DNA of 64,000 nt from Amoebidium appalachense (Eukaryota > Protista > Ichthyosporea), in contig CAVNZM010000003.1 in the NCBI GenBank assembly GCA_963693365.1, forward strand, positions 7,869,312-7,933,311, read 5' to 3'. Below are positions 55,502 through 64,000 of the stretch, one piece after another. Both the position numbers and the translations under genes were made by a program. The notes below the pieces were generated by a model. It searched no databases. It was not told where the DNA came from and saw only the letters and a program-made list of their open reading frames with translations. Every line of letters begins with the position of its first letter. Position 1 is the stretch's first letter.

Positions 55502-56035
55502 TGTGTGTGTCACGGTGTGTGAATATACACTATGATCACTATCGTATTAATTTAGTCTATAATCGTACCCACACAGTCTGAGACACCTGTGGTTAAGCTA
55601 AACCAACACTGTGTTGCTGAGTCCAATGAACTAGAATGTATCTTCCTTTTCACCTTAGCAGAGTCTATGACGTGTTTTAACCCCCCTCCCCTCCTCCCCT
55701 CCCCTCTGTCTCTCTCTCTCTCTCTCTCTCTCCCCCCCCCCCCCCCTTCTCCCAAAAAAAGGATAAAAAATGGAAATTATTTGGAAAAGAAAAGAAAGAA
55801 AAAGAAAATAATCCAACGTTATCTAACCGCCCAAAAATCCCCACAGAACCTAGAATACGGCGCATGCAAGGACACATGCCTGACTGCAGGTGCAGAAAGC
55901 GAAGCCGTAATGGAGTGTGGGCGGTGTCTTTTAACATATCTTCTCCCTGCCGGGTGCGAATTCGACAACCTGACGACCCAGAACCTTAAAATAGTCGATG
56001 CGGTGTATAACAATCTGCAGATGGGTCAGTGTTAA
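53127..56035 (+). CDS. Predicted secreted Cys-rich protein (~307 aa) of two homologous units, each starting with a DxD/NxDG motif; join(53127..53429, 53869..54087, 54882..55094, 55847..56035)
   Basis: Hydrophobic N-terminus. All introns are phase 0 GT-AG, two with CTAAC branch motifs. Exon 1 and exon 3 align (DSNNDGISDKCE / DLDKDGLTDDCE; YDTC / YDEC; NELLKF / KELTTF). Confidence 0.8.
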
Positions 56036-56065
56036 AGAGCATCGATGTTATCTTAATTTCTCGGG

Positions 56066-56096
<31 letters not shown>

Positions 56097-56227
56097 GCAA
56101 AAAGAAAGGGTGACGGGGATTCCCGACATTTTAGTTTTTTTATGTGTGCGAACGATGGTACACTGAGTCTGACGTACCATGCATGGTGCATGTGTTTGTG
56201 CATTACTGGAGCGTTTGTTGTCTTATC

Positions 56228-56302
<75 letters not shown>

Positions 56303-56340
56303 ATATCATATGATATATATATCATGATATATATATATAG
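56228..56340. repeat. (TA)n microsatellite
   Basis: Directly visible. Confidence 0.95.
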
Positions 56341-56743
56341 ACACCACATATGGCAAACGCACTGATGTGCTACCCAATCATATATATATATATGCCTCCT
56401 TTGGAGCTCACACCGACAATTGGGGTTTCAAACGGGAGCACTGAAATAAACGTGGCAGTTGCATACCGACAGTGTCTCTCTTAAAACTGAGCACGTCCCC
56501 TAACTCTCACGTCAATTGGTTTTCCACAGAATTCACCGATAGTACGAATGGTTCACACTTGGCACACGCAAAAATGCAAAAATGCAGATGCGCGCCCACA
56601 CAAACACACACAAAACGCCTTTCAATCTCCTCTCGTTCGTTCTTCTCTGCCTCCTCTTCCTCTTTCCCCTCCCCCCCCCCCCCCCCCCCCCCCACACACA
56701 CATCCTCGTGCAATCAGTTACCTATACGTAACTGTAAGCGGAA

Positions 56744-56781
<38 letters not shown>

Positions 56782-57379
56782 ACCCACCAACCCACATATG
56801 CACACACACAAACCCACACACAACACAGCTTTCAAAATCCCCTCTCTCCTTCTTCCCTGCCTCCCCTCCCCCTCCTCTTGCGCGTTTCAAGCTACTCTCC
56901 TCCTTTCATTCTTTGCTTTCCCAGCTCCCTCTTTTCCCTTTCTCTCCCTCCCCCAACCCCCCCCCCCCCCCCTTCCAGGGCCCCCCCTTCTCTCGTCCTT
57001 CCCCTCCTCTCCCCCTCTACCTCCCTCCCCCCCCCCCCCCTCCCCCCATCCCCCCCCTCCCCCCCTTCCCCCCGGGCCCCCATCACAGTGCACACATCCC
57101 AATTACCATGTTGCTGTTGAATCCAGCGACATAAAACTAGTTGATCATTAATACAACTCGGGCCCCCTAGAGCGATTGGATAACAAATTTATTATTGGAG
57201 TGCAGCAAGTCCTTCGGTACAGGCAGAAGCGGCAGGTGGGAAGAGAAAAGATGGCGCGTATTCAACCCTCCCCCCTCCCCCCCCCCCCCCCCCATCCCGT
57301 CCGGGCCTTCTCCCCTGCAAGGCTTCCTCCCCACTCTTTGGGTAGCTGGCTCAGTGTGCATGCATGTGCATGCGCATGT

Positions 57380-57414
<35 letters not shown>

Positions 57415-57765
57415 CGCGCGCGCACGCGCGTGTGTGCGCGTGTGTGCGCGCACGTGGTTGTGTAGGCATATCATGGTAGATGTGTAGCTCACATCGAAGA
57501 GGGACTTCTGGTAGTGAGCTGAGGTTGTTCTTTCTTTATTCTTTCTTCTTCTTCTTTCTTTTTTTTTTGTGTGTGTAGATGTGTGTGTGTGTGTGCGTGT
57601 GTTCCGGGGGGGGGGGGGGGGGGGGGAGGGGGGAGAGGGGGAGGGGGGAGGGGGGGAGGGGGGCTGGGGGGAGGGATGGGGGGGGGGGGGTTAAACCTTT
57701 TGTCTCTGAAACTCCCCCCAACCCCTCATGAACCCCATGAGATTGGTGCGCAGAGCATAAACCTG

Positions 57766-57860
<95 letters not shown>

Positions 57861-58471
57861 CGCGTGTGTGCGTGTGCGTGCGTGTGTGTGTGTGTCTGCT
57901 GTGTGTATGTGTGTGTGTGCGTGTGTGCACGTGTTGTTTTGCCGTGTGTGTACGTAGGAACGAGTTTGTATGACTGTGGTGCGGGTTTTTCCGTTTTTTT
58001 TTTTTGTTTTTTTTTTTGGTGGTTGGGGGGGGGGGGGGGGGGTTGGGAGGGGGGGGGGGGGGGGTGTTAACGTGGGAACACACCTTCAAAAGCTGCAACA
58101 CCTCATTTCCTCATTTAGGCACTCATATGCACACAGAGCCTGAAACAGATACACATAAACACACACGCACCTGCCCCCCCCCCCCCCCTCCCCCCCCCCC
58201 CCCCCCCTTCCCTCCCACTCCGGGGGGCCCAAGCACCCACCCACACCCTCACACCCCGTCACCAGCTGCAGCCAAGCACTTTGGAAGCTAAGTGCAAATC
58301 ATGATGCAATTATCATAGTCTCCGACATCACATTGTCTACATACTCTCGAGTTACAACCCTTCAATCGGTGATATCATTTGTTGGTAATGTTGCTTTTTC
58401 TGCTGCTTTTTCTCGAAAGCCACCGTTTTGAACCATTGCCAGATAAAATATAAGTTGAGTGACGGCATGAC

Positions 58472-58798
58472 CAGAGCTGGGACGAAGGGTTTCGGGCTGG
58501 TTCGGTCTGGCACTGCCCAACCCGTAATATGTTTGGGCTGGAAAATGGTCTGGGTTGGGCTGGCGGTACCAAATTTGGCAATCAGTAACCATGTATGGCA
58601 TAACCATATATGGCATACTGTTGCCTGAGGCCCGGCCCCTGAGGGGGGAGGGGGGGAGGTGGGGGGAGCGAACGCAGACCTATCTGAGGGTTGGGGGGAA
58701 AGGGGGGGGGGGGGGGGGGAGGGTTCCAACCCAAACGTTATAGCCCAACCTGTTTCGGGCTAGCCCGGGCTGACAAGACCAGACCTCCCCAGCTCATG
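58472..58798. mobile_element. Possible hAT-like MITE
   Basis: Termini cagagctggg / cccagctcatg with multiple subterminal GGGCT(G)/AACCC motifs. No clear 8-bp TSD. Confidence 0.45.
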
Positions 58799-58816
58799 AT
58801 ACACCCCCCTACAAAA

Positions 58817-58895
<79 letters not shown>

Positions 58896-59141
58896 GTTGT
58901 TGTTGTTTTGCACCGTGACGTGTGTCACACGCACAAACCGAATGTGTTTGTATGACGGTGGTGATGGTTTTGAGAGTGTTTAAGAGAGGAGGCCTCGGGG
59001 GACCGGGGGGGGGGGGGGGGGGTCCCGGTTTTAGATGGGCCACGGAGTTCTATTTAAGTACCCGTTCACAACGGACAACACAATGCGGAGTGCAATAAAA
59101 ATATAAGGAGCACGCAAAGTAATTTTGGCACATCCTATCCT

Positions 59142-59177
<36 letters not shown>

Positions 59178-59309
59178 CGTTCACATAGGAACGCACCTTC
59201 CGAGCTGCAACTTAAGGAATATTTTCTTGTATAGTCACGCATAGGCACATAGGAGCTCGAAGAACAAATGCACATATCCCCCCCCCCCCCCCCCCCCCCC
59301 CCACCCCAT

Positions 59310-59342
<33 letters not shown>

Positions 59343-59378
59343 CCAACACGCGCGCACACACAGACACACACAACACAC

Positions 59379-59431
<53 letters not shown>

Positions 59432-60286
59432 GCACACGCACACACACACACACACACACACACCCATTCCACGGCACCAGCCTGCAGTGCAGCCAAGCAC
59501 GTTCCAAGTTATTGGGGGGGGGGGGGGGGGGGGGGGGAAGGGAGGGATGTGCTCTTTATTGACGACAAGAGTCCTCTTTGGCCGAATGGTACTTAAAATC
59601 ACGCCATCAAATCCAGCACGATCATTTAGATTACTTAAAGTTTGAACTTCTAATTCTTTCTCTCCAACAGAATAGATTATCTTTCTTTTTTTTTCTTCTT
59701 ATTATTATTAAATTATTTTTCTTTCTTTCCCGAGAACTTGCATATTTTCTATTGTTGTATATTACATTCTGAATTTTATTTCATTATTTCGCATGATCCA
59801 ATGATAAGGATACTAAGCTACGCACATGCACAGTTCACAGTCTATGTAATCGATCATCTACGACTCTTTTATTCTCATTAAAACACCGGTGGCCAATCAT
59901 ATACCTTATTACAAATTTAATCAGAAACACCCACGGTGCACCCCATCATTTACCTCGCATCCCCCCCCCCCCTCCCCCCCCCCCCTTTTTTTTTTTTTTG
60001 AAGGCCCTCCAAATATGGTCTATCGGAGATATCACAGATTTCTCATAGATAAAATACAACAAACAACTTACTACTCTGGAACACGGAGCAATACTTCGAT
60101 GATCATATATGCCAAAGAAAAGTCCGAAAACTCTATATACATACAATCAATAGAATGATATATCCATTTAATGTTTAAGTGTTAAAGGGCCTTACCCATA
60201 CATAAACCAAAAAGCTTCACATTGGCCGTATCAGCACCCACCCCAATTATTACCCTCGCATATCCTTCACAATCATTTTATACACT

Positions 60287-60700
60287 CTATGAAAAACTAA
60301 GTCGTCGGGCTCGGGGAAGTTGGTTACGAGAAATGGCATCGGCTAGATGGTTGAGGGGTCCCGGTAGGTAGGAGGCCTGTAACGTAAATTGGTATTGCAT
60401 TTCCATGCGGGTGATGAACCGAATAAGTTTGGCCATCACGGGGTGGGGGGAAGACCGGGAGTGCAGGTCAGACACAGCACCCGTGTTGTCGCATAAAATA
60501 CGGACATGGTGGGTGGACCAGGAGGGGGCCCAGAGGGCCACGGCGGCTGCGATGGCCAAGAGTTCGATGACGGAGGAACCGAGTTTATCCTCGTGAGCAT
60601 AGAGGGCTTGGGTGGAGGGAGACCAGGGCATGAAAAACCATTGGTCGAGCCAGTGGCCCCCTAGACCCACTGATCCGGCAGCATCGGTGGCCAGGGTGGT
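60287..60700 (-). pseudogene. RNase H domain (DIRS/Ngaro type)
   Basis: DAAGSVGLGG...IELLAIAAAVALW...VRILCDNTGAV...YLPGPLNHLADAISR. Confidence 0.85.
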
Positions 60701-61691
60701 GTATGTGGGGGGGGGTGATAAGGTGCACCCCGTTCCATGATGTGAGGAACTGGTGCCATTCGGTTATGTCTGCCCAGGCGGCAGCAGACAGCCGTATGTG
60801 GTGGTGCCCGGCAAGGTGTGGGTGGTTTCGGAGAAGGGCCCATAGGCGCTGGGAGAAGGCCCGTCCGGGGGGGAACCAGCTGGGCACACCAGGTGAGCTT
60901 GCCGAGGAGGGATTGCAGGTCCCAAATGGTGATGGTGGGTGTTGGGTAGGAAGTGAGGTCGAGTAGGTCGGAGATTTGGAAGCAGGGATCCGTGCCTCCA
61001 TGGTGACAGAGTCGAATTCGATACCGATGAAGACGATACGGGTAGCCGGGCCCTGCATCTTGTCTTCGGAGATGGCAATGCGCAGCTCTCGGCAGAGTTG
61101 CAGGAAGGTGGATATGTGACGTTGGCACTGCTCTTGGGTGGGGGCGACTAAAATCCAGTCGTCTACGTAGTGGCGGATGAGGGTAACACCATGCTGGTGT
61201 GCCAGCCACTGGAGGGTGGCCGCGATCCGTTCCCAGATGGCTGGGCTAGATTTCAGGCCGAAGGGCAGTCGGGTGTCAACGTAAAAATGCCCCTGCCATT
61301 TGAATGCCATTAGGTGATGGTCTTCTGGTCGGATGGGCATGTGTCGGAAGGCAGCCTGCACGTCTGCCACGGCCATGTAGCAGCCGGGGCCTCCGTCGAG
61401 AATGAGCTGGGTGATGTCCCGGGCTCGAATGTACTGAAGTTCGTCGGGGTAGGTGACGCTGTAATTGACGCTGCTGCCCCGGGGCCATGAGAGGTGGTGG
61501 ATTCGACGGTACTTGGGGGGGTTCCCTTTTTTAGTAACGGCGCCGATGGGGGAGGAACGGTGGACCGGAAATTCTTCGAAGAATTGGTCCGGGGAGAGGG
61601 GGCCGCGTAGGTGGCCGAGGGCGACTTCGTTGGCAATATCTGCCGTGATAGCGGCAGCAGCAGCCGGGGTGGTGGGTAGGTTGGGGCCCAC
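60585..61691 (-). pseudogene. Reverse transcriptase (DIRS/Ngaro type), frameshifted
   Basis: YVDD catalytic motif and LPFGLKSSP. The thumb region continues in an alternative frame (DLQSLLGKLTWCAQLVP). Confidence 0.88.
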
Positions 61692-62889
61692 CCGAGAGGT
61701 GGAGGGGCCGCGATAGCCGATGTCAACACCGGATTCGACATCGTGGAGGAGCTGCGCGGCGAATGATTGGTCTGGGTAGGATGCCAGCAGCTCCCGAAGG
61801 CGGGAGGTGTCAATGTGGTGTCTGAGCCTCGGGGGAAGGTGTGGTTAGCAAGGGTGGGGCACCCTCGGGGAGATCCCACCAGCGGGGGGGGGGGGGGGGG
61901 GGGGGGGCAGCAGGGCCCCGGGGGGGTTAGAGTAGGGCAGCTGGGCCCGAGGGAGGGTTTGCAGGGAGGGCAGCGGGGCCCTGTGCAGGGGATGCCCGAG
62001 CACGCGGGGGTGTGGGCGGACACAGAGGTAGAAGAAGGGGGGGGAGGGAGTGCTAGGTGAGTGCAAGGGGGGGGAGGCTCGTGGGATGGGGGGGGGGAAG
62101 TAAAATTATGTGCAGTGGCCAGAATAACGTCTTTGTGTAGGGACATTTATTCTTGGCGCGCGCGGGCGCCGTAGTTGGCCTGCGAAAATTTTTACTCAGC
62201 CCTATTGGCCCGTTCTCCCAAGCTCCGTTTCCTTGTACCCGTGTGTCCTAGCTCCTAGCCCCTATGTTCTATCTGTGTGTGTGGGTGTGCGCGTAGACTA
62301 GGCATGGTGCTTGCAGTCTTTGCGGGGGTGTGTGCCAGAGCAGAGCGGGCACACGTGGGAGAAGGGGCAGGGCTGCTTAGCGCAGGACCGACCGTTAATG
62401 TGGAAATTCCTGCAGTGCGCGCGGGTAGATCCACGGGTTGGGCCGGTTTTGCTGGGCCGGGTTGCGGGCCAGGGCGGTTGGGGTGTGTCCCCCGCCGGGC
62501 TTATGGGGCGGCTTGAAGCCGTCAAGACCACAGCCGGGCTTGGGGTACATGGGGCAGGCCGCGCTGGGGTGGTTGGGGAAGCCACAGCGCTGACATGCGT
62601 CCGGGATGACTCGAGCAGAGTGGGTGGCAGGAGGAGATCCTGGTGGAGTTGGGCGAGCAGGTTGGGACACTCAATCGGAGCCCGACCCTGCTGGTGGGCA
62701 ACGGTACGGGCGTACACGTCATAGTTGTGGATCTGGGCCCACGGGTATCGGGTGCTGAGGCGAGTGATGTGCTGAGTCCAAAGTACGTCCTTGTCCGTGG
62801 GGAGGTCAAGGTGGTGCTTGGCGGCCATGTAATGGGTCCAAGCTTGGATCCAAATGACGAGTGAACGCAGGCCCTGGGGAACGGGTTTG

Positions 62890-64000
62890 TCATTGGGTGA
62901 CGATCTCAGGGCTCTGACGTTCGACTGTTTCAACGAGAGACTGGATGTAGCTGAGGGTTTCAGCACGGTTGTAGAGGGGGAACACGGTGGTGTAACCGGT
63001 GGCATCACAAACACACACCGGAGCAACCTTGTAGCCGCCGTAGGAAGCACAGGGAGCTTCGAAGAAGTCCAGGTGCCACTTAGCGCCGGGGATGGTGAAA
63101 CGGGAACGGGTGCCGGGAAACGGAGCCTTGGTGGTCTTGCCAGACATGCAGCCGAAGCAGTCACTGTGGTCGGTGGACTTGAGTGAGGGGGGCATGCCGA
63201 TGACAAGCTCATCCTTGGCCATTCTGGTGACGGTGGATATGGATCGGTGGCCAAGACGGTTGTGCCAAAGGGTAAGGTCGTCGTTCTGTTGAGTCCTTGC
63301 TGTGTAGGCTTGGACCCACGGATGTTGAGGAGTGTCAATCACGTAGTCAGTGATGTAGTAGAGCCCGTTGAGGGCCGTGAGGTCGGAAATAATGTCACCG
63401 TTACGGCTGTAGAGGAACGACGGGTGGATGTCTGCATCGTCACAATGACCAAGGAGGCCGGTAGTAGAGGCCATGGAGGCAGACACGAGGAAGGACGGTG
63501 ACTCGGGTACGTAGAGGGCGTTGATGCTGCACGTCTTGGTTGAGTTGCCGTTGTAGTGCAGGGTCATGTTGATGATGCCACGGTGTGTGGCATGGACGGT
63601 ACCCAGGCCTTGAATGGGGATTGGGGTACACGGGGTAAGGGTGGAGAAATACTCCTTGATGGGGCAGATGTGTGCATTGCAGGCGCTGTCCCAGACGGGG
63701 TCGTCACGGTGTGGTGTGCCGGTGGATAAGATGAGTGCAAATTGTACACTCTTGTTGCCTTTCTCCTGTTTGGCACGACGAGCAACAGCACAGCCAGGTT
63801 CTGGGCAAGATGTGATGCCAGTGTGGTGGGGTTCATGGCAATAGGAACACTCCACTCTCTTGTTGTTGTGCTGTCGGTTACGGCAGTGTCCCTGTTACCA
63901 CGGGGGTAAGGGGAATTTGGACGGGGGCCGGGTGACTTGGAAGACGGACGATGGTCACGGGGACGGGACGGGGAGCGGTGAGGTGTACTCTCACGGCGAG
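62890..64000 (-). mobile_element. Ty1/Copia gag-pol fragment (zinc knuckle, protease, GAG-pre-integrase, integrase N-terminus), truncated in the integrase
   Basis: CSYCHEPHHTGITSC, VWDSACNAHIC, ALYVP, NGLYY, LWHNRLGH...CFGCMSGK, WHLDFF...DATGYTTVFPL. Protease-then-integrase order indicates Copia. Continues past the window end. Confidence 0.88.

Larger units (their letters stand above)
60287..62910 (-). mobile_element. Degenerate Ngaro/DIRS-type retrotransposon (gag with zinc finger, RT, RNase H; no tyrosine recombinase visible)
   Basis: Gag-like frame ending CRNFHINGRSCAKQPCPFSHVCPLCSGTHPRKDC. RT with KYRRIHHLSWP, DVQAAFR, DTRLPFGLKSSP, HYVDDW. RNase H with IELLAI, ILCDNTG, NHLADAISR. Frameshifts near 60975, 60870 and 60710. 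Confidence 0.9.

Noticed and set aside
62911-63338. Upstream part of the 346-aa ORF 62298..63338 as genuine gag
   Set aside because: It is an alternative frame of the Copia integrase region; only the portion below ~62910 looks like Ngaro gag.

Overview
Eukaryotic genomic DNA, very rich in microsatellites ((CA)n, poly-C/G, (GA)n) and intron-dense. A unicellular holozoan such as an ichthyosporean or choanoflagellate is a guess from style only. Most ORFs in the supplied track are repeat artefacts. By hand-splicing I can support four host genes: a 2-exon globin (7157-9705, +), a 7-exon secreted histidine acid phosphatase (12371-19827, -), a ~30-exon NCKAP1/NAP1 (WAVE complex) gene (21045-45663, +) and a 4-exon secreted Cys-rich two-repeat protein (53127-56035, +). 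The most notable object is a ~4.7 kb TIR-bounded DNA transposon (~47451-52112) laid out like ISL2EU. It has an internally deleted THAP-DDE transposase on the minus strand, converging on an intronless ORF that encodes an XPG/Exo1-type 5' nuclease fused to a SWIM finger, in place of the YqaJ exonuclease described for ISL2EU. The window ends with a degenerate Ngaro/DIRS-type retroelement joined directly to a truncated Copia gag-pol. Several MITEs and a dispersed intronic repeat family are also present. All homology calls are from manual motif recognition, not database searches.
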